Assembly: GCF_000006765.1 (NCBI RefSeq)
Contig: NC_002516.2
Source of the DNA: Pseudomonas aeruginosa PAO1
GTDB lineage: Bacteria; Pseudomonadota; Gammaproteobacteria; Pseudomonadales; Pseudomonadaceae
DNA length: 64,000 nucleotides
Direction: 5' to 3' (one strand)
Numbering within the stretch: position 1 is the stretch's first letter; each line of letters begins with the position of its first letter. A model generated the notes under the pieces. The model was not told the origin of the DNA. It did not search any database and was given only the letters and a program-made list of their open reading frames with translations. This document shows, in pieces, positions 1 through 17,928 of this stretch. Position numbers and translations under genes: made by a program.

Positions 1-56
1 GAAACGCCCATCCCTAAATTGCCACTCGGAACCGTGGCATGGACTGTCCAGCTAAC

Positions 57-77
57 AAAAAGCCCCTAAAAAGGGGC
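57..77 (-). terminator. Rho-independent terminator after the tRNA pair
   Basis: Minus strand reads GCCCCT-TTTT-AGGGGC followed by TTTTT, just 3' of tRNA-Met. Confidence 0.65.
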
Positions 78-87
78 CCTGAAAAAC

Positions 88-164
<77 letters not shown>

Positions 165-254
165 TCAAAGCTGGTGCAAGATTATACGACCGACACCCTG
201 ATGGGTCAACCGAACCTTGCGGAGACAAACCCCGCAGGACGGGGCTTGCTTATA

Positions 255-340
255 TGGTACCGAGGAGGGGACTCGAACCCCTACAGCCTATGGCCACTAC
301 CACCTCAAGGTAGCGTGTCTACCAATTCCACCACCTCGGC
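255..340 (-). tRNA. tRNA-Leu (GAG)
   Basis: 86 nt GCCGAGGTGGTGGAATTGGTAGAC...CTACC-TTGAGGT-GGTAG...GGTTCGAGTCCC...ACCA with a long variable arm. Confidence 0.96.
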
Positions 341-353
341 AGAAACCTTTCTC

Positions 354-743
354 TTACTTCTGTTCAGGAGCCGCCGGTACATCGCCTGCACTTTCCGCAG
401 GCTTGGACTGCTCCTGAAGAACCGGCACATCGTCAGCGGCCGGTGCTTTCTCTTGCTTCTGCTCCAGAACTGCCGGATCCGGCAGTCCGATGTGTTGCAG
501 AGCATCAGACTTTTCTTTAGCGAAGTACGCTAAGCCAAGGCTGGTCAAGAAAAAAACCGCTGCCAGTATACCAGTAATCCGACTCAAAAAGGTAGCGGAA
601 CCTTGGCTTCCGAAAACAGTTGCCGAAGCACCTGCACCGAAAGAAGCCCCTGCATCCGCACCCTTGCCATGCTGAACGAGGATCAGGCCAACAAGACCCA
701 ATGCCATCAGCAGATGCACGACAATTACGACCTTTTCCAGCAT
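354..743 (-). CDS. secG: Preprotein translocase subunit SecG
   Basis: [29 protein letters not shown] motif and two TM helices; located between tpiA and tRNA-Leu. Confidence 0.97.
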   Translation of the reverse strand: MLEKVVIVVHLLMALGLVGLILVQHGKGADAGASFGAGASATVFGSQGSATFLSRITGILAAVFFLTSLGLAYFAKEKSDALQHIGLPDPAVLEQKQEKAPAADDVPVLQEQSKPAESAGDVPAAPEQK

Positions 744-745
744 CT

Positions 746-1501
746 TCAGCTTCCCGCGGCACGACAGATCGCGCCGAACTCATCCGCATTGAGGGAGGCT
801 CCACCTACCAGCCCCCCATCGATATCCGGCATGCCGAACAACTCGGCTGCACTTGCCGCCTTTACACTGCCGCCGTAAAGGAGTCGCACACCTTTTGCGA
901 CCTCGGCATTTTCCGCTGCCAGTTGCGCGCGGATCGCCGCGTGCACTTCCTGGGCTTGCGCGGGGGACGCGGTCAACCCGGTCCCGATCGCCCAGACCGG
1001 CTCGTAAGCCACGACTGCGCGAGCAAAAGCTCCAACACCCAACTCGTCGATCACGCTTCCCAGCTGCCTTGCGACAACCTCCAGCGTCTTGCCCGCCTCG
1101 CGCTCCGCCCGGGTCTCCCCGACACACAGCACCGGCACCAGGCCGCACGACTGAGCCGCGGCAAACTTGCGACTCACAACCTCGTCACTCTCGCCGAGAA
1201 TCAGGCGACGCTCCGAGTGGCCCACAAGGACCATGCTACAACCGACATCCGCCAACTGACTGGGAGCAGTCTCACCGGTCAGCGCGCCTTGCATCGGCTC
1301 GACGGCGCTGTTCTGCGCACCTACATCGATCGCCTTGCCGGCCAGGCCCTGGATGACCTGGCTGATGAACAAGCAAGGCGGCATCACAGCCACATCGACT
1401 CCGCTCGGCAACGCCAGCTGACGCAAGCCTTTGATCAACTCGGCCACACTGGAATGCGTACCGTGCATTTTCCAGTTACCGGCCACCAAGGGTCGACGCA
1501 T
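746..1501 (-). CDS. tpiA: Triosephosphate isomerase
   Basis: [29 protein letters not shown] and LVGGASL motifs. Confidence 0.99.
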   Translation of the reverse strand: MRRPLVAGNWKMHGTHSSVAELIKGLRQLALPSGVDVAVMPPCLFISQVIQGLAGKAIDVGAQNSAVEPMQGALTGETAPSQLADVGCSMVLVGHSERRLILGESDEVVSRKFAAAQSCGLVPVLCVGETRAEREAGKTLEVVARQLGSVIDELGVGAFARAVVAYEPVWAIGTGLTASPAQAQEVHAAIRAQLAAENAEVAKGVRLLYGGSVKAASAAELFGMPDIDGGLVGGASLNADEFGAICRAAGS

Positions 1502-1566
1502 GCTGTACCTCGCGGGGCAAAGTGGGCGCAGATGTTACTCAACAGTTTCCAGACTGGCAAGCAAAA

Positions 1567-2904
1567 TCAAGCACATACCTCAGAAACAATTTTTGCCAGC
1601 TGTTCGGCGTGGGCACGAACGCTAGCTTCCTCGTCGCCCTCGACCATCACCCGGACCAACGGCTCTGTGCCGGATTTGCGCAGCAGGACACGACCGCGAC
1701 CGCCCATTTGCTCGGTGACGCGGACGCTGGCCTCCTTCACCGAGGGGTGCTCGAGCGGATCGTTTTCGCCCTTGAAGCGCACATTGATCAACACCTGGGG
1801 GCACTTGCGAATCCCCTGGCGCGCCTCTGCCAGGGTCTGGCCGCGATGCTTGAGCGCCATCAGCACCTGTAGCGCCGCGATGATGGCATCGCCCGTCGTG
1901 GTGTTCTGGCAGCAGACGATATGCCCCGAATTCTCCCCTCCCAGCATCCAGTTCCGAGCCAGCAGTTCGGCCATCACATAGCGATCGCCGACCTTCGCCC
2001 GCACGAACGGGATATGCAGTTCCTGCAAAGCCAGCTCCAGGCCGAGGTTGCTCATCAGGGTGCCGACCACACCACCTTGCAGCCGCCCGCTTTCCTGCAG
2101 GTCGCGCGCGATGAGGAAAAGCAGTTCGTCGCCATCCACGACCGCACCGGTATGGTCGACCATCATCACCCGGTCGCCGTCGCCGTCGAAGGCGATGCCG
2201 AGGTCGGCATGGTGCTCGACCACCGCAGCCTGCAGGCCATCCAGGTGAGTGGAACCGCACTTGTCGTTGATGTTCAGGCCATTCGGGCTGGCCGCCAGCA
2301 CCGTCACTTCCGCGCCCAGTTCCCGGAAGACGCTGGGAGCGATCTTGTAGGTAGCGCCGTTGGCGCAGTCGAGCACGACCTTGAGACCGTTGAAGTCGGT
2401 GCTGGTCGGCACGCTGCTCTTGCAGAATTCGATGTAGCGCCCCGCCGCGTCATTGATCCGCGAAACCTTGCCGAGACGGGCGGACTCCACCACGGTCATC
2501 GGCGCATCGAGCAGTTCCTCGATCATCAGCTCGACGTCGTCCGGCAGCTTGGTCCCCTGCCCGGAGAAGAACTTGATGCCGTTGTCGTCGTGGGGATTGT
2601 GCGAAGCGCTGATCACCACCCCGGCCTCGGCGTGGAAAGTCCGCGTCAGGTAGGCGATGCCGGGGGTAGGCATCGGTCCCAGCAACAGGGTATCGGCGCC
2701 GGAAGCGGAGAGCCCGGCCTCGAAGGCCGACTCGAACATGTAACCCGAGCTGCGCGTGTCCTTGCCGATCAGGACCCGGCAGTTGCCCTGCCGGCGGAAG
2801 GCCATGCCCACCGCCCAGCCCAGCTTGAGAACGAAGTCCGGAGTAATCGGAAACTCGCCAACACGACCACGGATACCGTCAGTCCCGAAGTATTTTCTGC
2901 TCAT
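1567..2904 (-). CDS. glmM: Phosphoglucosamine mutase
   Basis: [10 protein letters not shown] start (ATG at 2904), ISASHNP phosphoserine loop and DGDGDR motif. Confidence 0.98.
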   Translation of the reverse strand: MSRKYFGTDGIRGRVGEFPITPDFVLKLGWAVGMAFRRQGNCRVLIGKDTRSSGYMFESAFEAGLSASGADTLLLGPMPTPGIAYLTRTFHAEAGVVISASHNPHDDNGIKFFSGQGTKLPDDVELMIEELLDAPMTVVESARLGKVSRINDAAGRYIEFCKSSVPTSTDFNGLKVVLDCANGATYKIAPSVFRELGAEVTVLAASPNGLNINDKCGSTHLDGLQAAVVEHHADLGIAFDGDGDRVMMVDHTGAVVDGDELLFLIARDLQESGRLQGGVVGTLMSNLGLELALQELHIPFVRAKVGDRYVMAELLARNWMLGGENSGHIVCCQNTTTGDAIIAALQVLMALKHRGQTLAEARQGIRKCPQVLINVRFKGENDPLEHPSVKEASVRVTEQMGGRGRVLLRKSGTEPLVRVMVEGDEEASVRAHAEQLAKIVSEVCA

Positions 2905-2920
2905 CTTTTGTCTTCCGTGC

Positions 2921-3772
2921 TCAATCCGCCATTTCAACGGCGGAGATCATTCGCATCACGTCGACGGTCGCCGCCACGTCATGCACTCGAATTATCCGTG
3001 CGCCCTTGGCCAGCGCCAGGGCCGCCAGCGCGAGACTGCCGTAGAGGCGTTCGTCCACCTCCCGCCCCAGTACCTTGCCGATCATGCTCTTGCGCGAAAC
3101 GCCGACCAACAACGGCAGGCCCAGACCATGGAGCGCCTGCAGATGCCTGAACAGCACCAGGTTGTGCTCCAGTGTCTTGGCAAAACCGAAACCCGGATCC
3201 AGCAACAGCCGCTCGCGGTCGATTCCGGCCGCCACGCAGGCATCCACACGCTCCTGCAGGAACGCGCCGACTTCCGCCACCACATCCTGGTAGGCAGGCG
3301 CATCCTGCATGGTCTGCGGTTCTCCACGCATGTGCATGAGGCAGACCGCCAGGCCGCTATCCACCGCAGCATCCAACGCACCGTCGCGCTGCAGCGAACG
3401 GACGTCGTTGATCAGACCCGCTCCGAGACGCGCAGTTTCGCGCATGACCGCAGGCGTGGAGGTATCCACCGAAATCACGACGTCCAGTTCGCGGGCGATG
3501 CGTTCGACTACCGGAGCGACCCGCTCCAGCTCCTCCGTCGGAGAAACGCTGCGCGCACCGGGACGGGTCGACTCGCCGCCGACGTCGATGAGCGTTGCGC
3601 CTTCCAGCACCATGCGCTCGGCATGCCGCAGGGCATCGTCCAGCCGGTCGTAACGGCCGCCGTCGGAAAAGGAATCGGGGGTGACATTGAGGATGCCCAT
3701 GACATGTGGGCGGGCCAAATCAAGAACCCGACTGCCGCAAGGCAGTCGGGTCGGGTATTGCGGATTGCTCAT
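2921..3772 (-). CDS. folP: Dihydropteroate synthase
   Basis: [37 protein letters not shown] and IRVHDV motifs. Confidence 0.98.
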   Translation of the reverse strand: MSNPQYPTRLPCGSRVLDLARPHVMGILNVTPDSFSDGGRYDRLDDALRHAERMVLEGATLIDVGGESTRPGARSVSPTEELERVAPVVERIARELDVVISVDTSTPAVMRETARLGAGLINDVRSLQRDGALDAAVDSGLAVCLMHMRGEPQTMQDAPAYQDVVAEVGAFLQERVDACVAAGIDRERLLLDPGFGFAKTLEHNLVLFRHLQALHGLGLPLLVGVSRKSMIGKVLGREVDERLYGSLALAALALAKGARIIRVHDVAATVDVMRMISAVEMAD

Positions 3773-3781
3773 TCAGGGCTC

Positions 3782-5701
<1,920 letters not shown>

Positions 5702-5899
5702 GTCGTTCAATTGACTACCCTCTGAAGCCGGCTCCGTCCTGGAAACCGCTTCACACGACGGCCAGACTCCTTCCGGCCAAAAGTACTACACAAGCGCCCG
5801 CGCACGCAGGCGTTGTCTGTAACCCTTTATGAACCCTCGCCCGTCCCGGCACAACAGGTCATCGACCAATAGACAGGCTATAGGGTCAATCATTCCAGT

Positions 5900-6523
5900 C
5901 TATTCCCCGCGAAAGCCGCGTGCGAGCAGATACTGTTCCCGCGAACGATCACGCGACGACAGGGGCTTGCGCATCTGTACCTTGTCGAACATTTCCCGGG
6001 CCTGCTTGTGGTACTGGTCGAAACCTTCGCCCTGGAAGATCTTGATCAGGAAATCGCCGCCCGGCCGCAGCACACGGCCGGCCAGGTCCAGCGCCAGTTC
6101 GCAGAGATACATGGCGCGCGGCTGGTCGGCGGCCCGCACTCCACTCATATTGGGGGCCATATCGGAAATCACAAGGTCTACCGGATGATCGCCGATCGCC
6201 TCGAGGATCCGCGCGAACACCGCGTCCTCGGTGAAGTCGCCCTGGATGAAGGTGACGTCGGGGATGCTGTCCATCTCGAGGATGTCCGAAGCGATCAGCC
6301 GGCCACGGTCGCCGATCACCCGGCTGGTGACCTGCGACCACCCGCCCGGCGCGGCGCCCAGGTCGACCACGGTCATGCCCGGACGCAGGATGCGGTCCTT
6401 CTCCTGGATCTCCAGCAGCTTGTAGCTGGCACGCGAGCGATAGCCATCGCGCTGGGCCATCTTCACGTAGGGATCGTCGAAATGTTCTTTCAGCCAACGC
6501 TGGCTGGTTTTGGAGCGGGCCAC
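5900..6523 (-). CDS. rlmE: 23S rRNA Um2552 methyltransferase RlmE (FtsJ/RrmJ)
   Basis: GTG start (VARSKTS), [17 protein letters not shown] and SDMAPN motifs. Confidence 0.97.
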
Positions 6524-6617
6524 GGAATACCTCTTCGGGCACCCCCGGTCGGCGGGGGCAGCATCACTTGGACTAAAACTGGGGTAAAATAGACGACTTT
6601 TTCCCAGGGGTCTGATT

Positions 6618-6932
6618 ATGGCGCTCACTCAAGAGCAGAAGAAACAGTTCAAATCTATCGGTCACCACCTGAAACCGGTATTGATCGTAGCCGAGAACGG
6701 CTTGACCGAAGGCGTTCTCGCCGAACTCGAGCGCGCACTCAACGATCACGAACTGATCAAGGTGAAACTGGCGCTGGCCGAGCGCGACGATCGCCGCGCC
6801 CTGCTCGACGAACTCTGCGCGCAGTCGCGCAGCGACCTGGTGCAAAGCATCGGCAAGATGGCGCTGGTCTATCGGAAGAACCCGAAGCCGAACAAGAATC
6901 TCTCGAACATCAGCCGTTTCGCCGGCATCTGA
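6618..6932 (+). CDS. yhbY: Ribosome assembly RNA-binding protein YhbY (CRM domain)
   Basis: HHLKPV...HELIKVK...IGKMALVYR; divergent from rlmE as in enterobacteria. Confidence 0.93.
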   Translation: MALTQEQKKQFKSIGHHLKPVLIVAENGLTEGVLAELERALNDHELIKVKLALAERDDRRALLDELCAQSRSDLVQSIGKMALVYRKNPKPNKNLSNISRFAGI

Positions 6933-6947
6933 TGCCCCATCCAACCA

Positions 6948-6969
6948 AGGTCGGGAAACTTCCCGACCT
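6948..6969. terminator. GC-rich hairpin between convergent yhbY and the membrane-protein gene
   Basis: AGGTCGGGAA-AC-TTCCCGACCT inverted repeat with no clear U-tract. Confidence 0.45.
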
Positions 6970-6972
6970 GGT

Positions 6973-7380
6973 TCAGACGCCTTCCTCGTCCCGCCCCGGT
7001 ACCGGCTGCAACACCAGCAGCAGGCCACACATCGCCACCGCCAGGTAGTTGAACAGCAGCCAGCGCACCGCCTCGGGCGCCAGCCCACGCACCAGGAAAT
7101 ACACCAGGCAGAGCAGCGCGACGGCGAGCAACAACTGACCGCGAAGGTCTCGCCAGAGGCTCCTCGGCCCGTGGCTCGACACCAACACCAGCGCCTGCAG
7201 CGCCGCACAGAATCCGGCGAAGCCGATCAGCAGCGGCGTCAACGCCGCGGCTACGGTTTCCACCAGCAGCGGCGCCAGTCCGGTCTTGGCCAACGCAGGC
7301 AGGACCACGAACTGCAGCAACCAGAGGCCGCCGACCCAGAACGTCTGGGCCAGCAGCCAACTGATCGCGCCTGCGCGCAA
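6973..7380 (-). CDS. Small multi-TM membrane protein (DUF4149-like)
   Basis: 135 aa with four hydrophobic segments, directly downstream of greA. Confidence 0.8.
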   Translation of the reverse strand: MRAGAISWLLAQTFWVGGLWLLQFVVLPALAKTGLAPLLVETVAAALTPLLIGFAGFCAALQALVLVSSHGPRSLWRDLRGQLLLAVALLCLVYFLVRGLAPEAVRWLLFNYLAVAMCGLLLVLQPVPGRDEEGV

Positions 7381-7390
7381 CGGGGCGCGC

Positions 7391-7863
7391 TTAGATATGG
7401 CGAACCTCGACGATCTCGTACTCGACGTCGCCGCCCGGGGTTCTCACCAGCACGGCATCGCCTTCGGTCTTGCCGATCAGCGCACGGGCGATCGGCGAAT
7501 TCACCGAGATCTTGCCACCCTTGATATCCGCCTCGTCGTCGCCGACGATCTGGTAGGTCACGGTCTCGTCGGTCTCGACATTGGCGATGTCGACGGTGGT
7601 GCCGAAGATCACCTTGCCGCTGTGCGGGATGGCGGTGACATCGATGACCTGGGCGTTGGACAGCTTGGCCTCGATGTCGCGGATACGCGCCTCGACCATG
7701 CCCTGCTGTTCGCGCGCCGCATGGTACTCGGCGTTTTCCTTGAGGTCGCCCAGTTCACGCGCTTCGGCGATGGCCTGGCTGATCTGCGGGCGCAGCACGC
7801 CCTTCAGGTGTTTCACTTCTTCTTCCAGGGCGCGGGCGCCCTGGACGGTCATGGGGAACTTGC

Positions 7864-7867
<4 letters not shown>
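7391..7867 (-). CDS. greA: Transcription elongation factor GreA
   Basis: [12 protein letters not shown] and [10 protein letters not shown] motifs; 4 bp overlap with the carB stop. Confidence 0.98.
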
Positions 7868-11085
<3,218 letters not shown>

Positions 11086-11104
11086 GGGACTCTCGTTGCA
11101 ATAA

Positions 11105-11755
11105 TCAGGACAGGGTTGCGGTGGCCAGCTTCACACCAAAGCCGACGAACAGGGCGCCGACGCCCGAAGTGGCGCCGGCAGCCAACCGTTGCCGCCGGCG
11201 GAACCAGGCCGCCAGCCGCACACCGGTGAAAATCAGGAAGCTCAGGTAAAGGGCGCTGACCAGTTCCAGGATCACCGCCAGCACCAGGAACGACAGCCCC
11301 GGATAGGCATAGCCGGGATCGACGAACTGGATGAAGAAGGAGATGAAGAACAGGATCGCCTTGGGATTCGACAGGCTGAGCAGCAGCGCCTTGCGGAACG
11401 GCTGGTGGACATCCACCTGTTCGGCCTGCGCCGCCGTCGCTTCGGGATTGCGCAGCTTGCGCCAGGCGCCCCGCAGCATGCCGACGCCGAGATAGAACAG
11501 GTAGGCCGCACCGAGGTACTTCAGGCCGATGAACAGCATCGGCTCGGCCTTCAGCAGGGACGCCACGCCAAGGGCCGACAGCAGCATCAGCACCGCGTCG
11601 CCGAGGAACACGCCGCAGGCGGCCCGGTAGCCGGTCGCCACGCCACGCTGGGCCGAAGTCGCGAGGACGAACAACGAGTTCGGTCCGGGCAACAGGATCA
11701 CGAAAACCACACCCAGCACGTAGGTCCAGAAATCGGTTATCCCCAGGGTCGGCAT
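11105..11755 (-). CDS. leuE: LysE/RhtB-family amino-acid exporter (LeuE-like), between carA and carB
   Basis: [19 protein letters not shown] and NPKAILFF motifs; about 6 TM segments. Confidence 0.85.
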   Translation of the reverse strand: MPTLGITDFWTYVLGVVFVILLPGPNSLFVLATSAQRGVATGYRAACGVFLGDAVLMLLSALGVASLLKAEPMLFIGLKYLGAAYLFYLGVGMLRGAWRKLRNPEATAAQAEQVDVHQPFRKALLLSLSNPKAILFFISFFIQFVDPGYAYPGLSFLVLAVILELVSALYLSFLIFTGVRLAAWFRRRQRLAAGATSGVGALFVGFGVKLATATLS

Positions 11756-11766
11756 GGCTCTGCTCC

Positions 11767-12903
11767 TCAGCGACGCTCGGCCATCGCCGAGATGAAGCGG
11801 TCGAACAGCGGGGCGACGTCATGCGGACCGGGGCTCGCCTCGGGGTGGCCCTGGAAGCTGAAAGCGACCTTGTCGGTGCGCTCGATACCCTGCAGGGTAC
11901 CGTCGAACAGCGACTTGTGAGTGGCTCGCAGGTTGTCCGGCAGGGTGCTCTCGTCGACCGCGAAACCGTGGTTCTGGCTGGTGATCATCACCACGCCGCT
12001 GTCCAGGTCCTGCACCGGGTGGTTGGCGCCGTGGTGGCCGTGGCCCATCTTCAGGGTCTTGGCGCCAGAGGCCAGGGCCAGCAACTGATGGCCGAGGCAG
12101 ATGCCGAACACCGGGATCTCGGTATCGAGGAATTCGCGGATCGCCTGGATCGCGTAGTCGCACGGTTCGGGGTCGCCGGGGCCGTTGGAAAGGAAGATGC
12201 CGTCAGGGTTCAGCGCCAGCACTTCGCTGGCCGGTGTCTGCGCCGGCACCACGGTCAGGCGGCAGCCGCGCGCCACCAGCATGCGCAGGATGTTCAGCTT
12301 GACGCCGTAGTCGTAGGCCACCACGTGATACGGCAGTTCACCGGCCGGGATCTCCGGGTGACTGTCGCTTTCCAGGTTCCAGACGCTGGAGCGCCACTCG
12401 TAGCGCTCGGCGGTGGTGACCTCCTTGGCCAGGTCCATGCCCTTCAGGCCGGGGAAGGCGCGAGCCAGCTCCAGCGCGCGTTCCTCGGTAGCGTCGGCAC
12501 CAGCCAGGATGCAGCCGTTCTGCGAACCCTTCTCGCGGAGGATGCGAGTCAGGCGACGGGTATCGATGCCGGCGATGGCGACGGTGCCGTTGGCTTTCAG
12601 GTAGTCAGGCAGCGACTGCTTGCTGCGCCAGTTGCTGGCGATCAGCGGCAGGTCGCGAATGATCAGGCCGGCGGCCCAGACACGGTTGGCCTCGGCGTCT
12701 TCCGGGGTGGTACCGGTATTGCCGATGTGCGGGTAGGTCAGGGTGACGATCTGCTGGGCGTAGGAAGGATCGGTAAGGATTTCCTGGTAGCCGGTCATGG
12801 CGGTGTTGAACACCACCTCGCCAACGGTCTGGCCGTCGGCACCGATGGCTTCACCGCGAAAAATGCTGCCGTCGGCAAGTGCAAGTATGGCTGGCTTAGT
12901 CAA
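11767..12903 (-). CDS. carA: Carbamoyl-phosphate synthase small subunit
   Basis: TTG start at 12903 after GGAGG; [22 protein letters not shown] and FQGHPE motifs. Confidence 0.97.
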   Translation of the reverse strand: MTKPAILALADGSIFRGEAIGADGQTVGEVVFNTAMTGYQEILTDPSYAQQIVTLTYPHIGNTGTTPEDAEANRVWAAGLIIRDLPLIASNWRSKQSLPDYLKANGTVAIAGIDTRRLTRILREKGSQNGCILAGADATEERALELARAFPGLKGMDLAKEVTTAERYEWRSSVWNLESDSHPEIPAGELPYHVVAYDYGVKLNILRMLVARGCRLTVVPAQTPASEVLALNPDGIFLSNGPGDPEPCDYAIQAIREFLDTEIPVFGICLGHQLLALASGAKTLKMGHGHHGANHPVQDLDSGVVMITSQNHGFAVDESTLPDNLRATHKSLFDGTLQGIERTDKVAFSFQGHPEASPGPHDVAPLFDRFISAMAERR

Positions 12904-12945
12904 GAAGACCTCCCGTAAATCAAGCCTGACTGGTCGCGCAGGTGT

Positions 12946-13030
12946 AAAAAAGCGGGATGACACCGTGAAGAGTCATCCCGCTTTTTTTCGATTCATGCTG
13001 CGCTGCTTTTAGTGGACACACTAAAGCTGT
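12946..13030 (-). ncRNA. carA 5' leader / attenuator RNA (corresponds to the locus recalled as sRNA P32)
   Basis: Begins just after the promoter at 13031-13059 and ends in the terminator GCGGGATGAC-N10-GTCATCCCGC-TTTTTT. Confidence 0.6.
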
Positions 13031-13059
13031 AGTTTACAGAATCGCGACATTCCGGTCCA
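13031..13059 (-). promoter_or_regulatory. Putative sigma70 promoter of carA
   Basis: Minus strand TGGACC-N17-TAAACT. Confidence 0.5.
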
Positions 13060-13085
13060 CCAATAAGACGACGTGCGGCAGCGCC

Positions 13086-13925
<840 letters not shown>

Positions 13926-13948
13926 TCAGGCCGCGCCCATGGCTTTGT

Positions 13949-15082
13949 TTATAGATCGTCGAAGAAACGCTTCATGCCTTCGAACCAGCCACTGGCCTTG
14001 GGCGAATGCGAGGTGTCGCTCTGCAACGACTTGCGGAACTCCTCGAGCAGCTCGCGCTGGCGCTTGTCCAGGTTCACCGGGGTTTCCACCACCACCTTGC
14101 ACATCAGGTCGCCGGCGCCGCCGCCGCGCACCGGGGCCACGCCCTTGCCGCGCAGGCGGAACAGCTTGCCGGTCTGGGTGCTTTCCGGAATCTTCAGCTT
14201 GACCCGGCCATCCAGGGTCGGCACTTCCAGCTCGCCACCCAACGCAGCGTCGGCGAAACTGATCGGCACTTCGCAGTACAGATGCTTGCCGTCGCGCTGG
14301 AAGATCGGGTGCTCGCGCACATTGACCACCACGTACAGGTCGCCCGCCGGACCACCCATGCTGCCGGCCTCGCCTTCGCCGGTGAGGCGGATGCGGTCGC
14401 CGGTGTCGACGCCGGCCGGCACCTTCACCGACAGGGTCTTCTGCTCTTCCACGCGCCCCTGCCCATGGCAGGAGCCACAGGGATCGGAAATCATCTTGCC
14501 GGTGCCGTGGCAGCGCGGGCAGGTCTGCTGGACCGAGAAGAAGCCCTGCTGCATGCGCACCTGGCCGATACCGCCGCAAGTGGTGCAGGTGACCGGTGTG
14601 GTGCCGGGCTTGGCGCCGCTGCCGTTGCAGGTCTTGCAACCGACCAGGGTCGGCACGCGGATGGTGACGGTGGTGCCACGTACCGCCTCCTCCAGGTCGA
14701 GGTCCAGGGTGTAGCGCAGGTCCGCGCCGCGCTGCGCGCCGCCGCGCGAGCCACCGCGGGCACCGCCGCCACCGAAGAAATCGCTGAACACATCGCCGAA
14801 GATGTCGGAGAAGCTCGCCCCGCCGAAACCGGCGCCAGCGCCCCCACCCATATTCGGATCGACGCCGGCATGGCCGTACTGGTCGTAGGCCGCCCGCTTG
14901 CTGGCATCGGAGAGGACCTCGTAGGCCTCGTTGGCCTCCTTGAACTTGTCCTCGGCTTCCTTGTCGCCAGGATTGCGGTCCGGGTGGTATTTCATCGCCA
15001 GGCGGCGGTAGGCCTTCTTCAGGTCCGCCTCGCTGGCGCCACGCTCAACCCCCAGAACCTCGTAAAAGTCTCGTTTCGCCAT
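13949..15082 (-). CDS. dnaJ: Chaperone DnaJ
   Basis: J-domain HPD, G/F-rich linker and four CxxCxGxG repeats. Confidence 0.99.
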   Translation of the reverse strand: MAKRDFYEVLGVERGASEADLKKAYRRLAMKYHPDRNPGDKEAEDKFKEANEAYEVLSDASKRAAYDQYGHAGVDPNMGGGAGAGFGGASFSDIFGDVFSDFFGGGGARGGSRGGAQRGADLRYTLDLDLEEAVRGTTVTIRVPTLVGCKTCNGSGAKPGTTPVTCTTCGGIGQVRMQQGFFSVQQTCPRCHGTGKMISDPCGSCHGQGRVEEQKTLSVKVPAGVDTGDRIRLTGEGEAGSMGGPAGDLYVVVNVREHPIFQRDGKHLYCEVPISFADAALGGELEVPTLDGRVKLKIPESTQTGKLFRLRGKGVAPVRGGGAGDLMCKVVVETPVNLDKRQRELLEEFRKSLQSDTSHSPKASGWFEGMKRFFDDL

Positions 15083-15197
15083 AACCTTTCCGTCTCAATT
15101 AAGGACCCTCCAGACACGCCAACGCGGGAGCAGGCTCCCGCGTGGCGGATCATGCGTACCGGCCTGGCCGGCACGCGGGGCAGAAGCAAGCCGGGGC

Positions 15198-17111
<1,914 letters not shown>

Positions 17112-17177
17112 ATTCACTCTCCAGAAACTTTGATTCCGTGCGACCCGCCCGTGGGTCTCGTGCTCGGTTGACTACCC

Positions 17178-17205
17178 AGATGGGGTCGTCGCGTCGAATT
17201 TCAAG
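17178..17205 (-). promoter_or_regulatory. Sigma32 (RpoH) promoter of dnaK
   Basis: CTTGAA-N14-CCCCATCT on the minus strand, overlapping the grpE stop. Confidence 0.8.
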
Positions 17206-17761
17206 CCTGCTCGTCGATGGACGGCGGGGTTTCCGCCGGCGCCTTGCTGACTACCACCATCGCCGGACGCAGCAGGCGGCCGTTGAGCAGGTAGCCTTTC
17301 TGGAACACCTTGAGGACACTGCCCGGCTCGGCCGAAGCGCTTTCCTGCATGGCCATCGCCTGGTGCTGCTCGGGGTTGAAAGGCTCGCCTTCCGGGTTCA
17401 GCGCCTCCACCTGGTAGCGGCGCAGGGTGTCGTCGAACATCTTCAGGGTCAGTTCCATCCCTTCGCGCATCGGCTTGATCGCCTCGTCGTTGGGATCGGA
17501 CATCTCCAGGCCGCGCTCGAGGGTGTCGACCACCGCCAGCAGGTCGCCGGCGAATTTCTCCAGCGCGAACTTGTGCGCCTTCTCGACATCCTGCTCCGCA
17601 CGCCGGCGTACGTTCTGCAGATCCGCGACCATGCGCAGCGCCTGGTCCTGGGCGGCAGCCAGCTGCTCCTCCAGTTCCTGCACGCGGGCGGTCAGGTCCT
17701 CGGCGGCGCCGGTGGGCTGCTCGGGGGTCTGTTGATCCAGGGTCTGCTGTTCGTCAGCCAT
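17201..17761 (-). CDS. grpE: Nucleotide exchange factor GrpE
   Basis: MADEQQ start at 17761; ADLQNVRRR and [19 protein letters not shown] motifs. Confidence 0.97.
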   Translation of the reverse strand: MADEQQTLDQQTPEQPTGAAEDLTARVQELEEQLAAAQDQALRMVADLQNVRRRAEQDVEKAHKFALEKFAGDLLAVVDTLERGLEMSDPNDEAIKPMREGMELTLKMFDDTLRRYQVEALNPEGEPFNPEQHQAMAMQESASAEPGSVLKVFQKGYLLNGRLLRPAMVVVSKAPAETPPSIDEQA

Positions 17762-17827
17762 GCCACTCTCCTTCAAAAATAAGCTGGCAAATACAAGGCG
17801 AACGCATAAGTTCGCAACGTTGCCGGC

Positions 17828-17856
17828 TATATGGGGACGGCTTTCCACGGTTCAAG
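17828..17856 (-). promoter_or_regulatory. Sigma32 (RpoH) promoter of grpE
   Basis: CTTGAA-N14-CCCCATATA on the minus strand. Confidence 0.85.
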
Positions 17857-17888
17857 GGGCGAGCGGCAATTGCCAGCCGGAAAAAATA

Positions 17889-17904
17889 CTGTATAAATAA
17901 CCAG
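17889..17904 (+). promoter_or_regulatory. LexA (SOS) box upstream of recN
   Basis: CTGTATAAATAACCAG fits CTG-N10-CAG and overlaps a TATAAA -10 hexamer. Confidence 0.88.
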
Positions 17905-17928
17905 ACAAAACCCACGGAGCCGCCCGCC

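Noticed and set aside
6570-6605. Possible sigma32 promoter for rlmE-ftsH (GGGAAA-N15-CCCCAGTT)
   Set aside because: The -35 match to CTTGAA is too weak to call without TSS data
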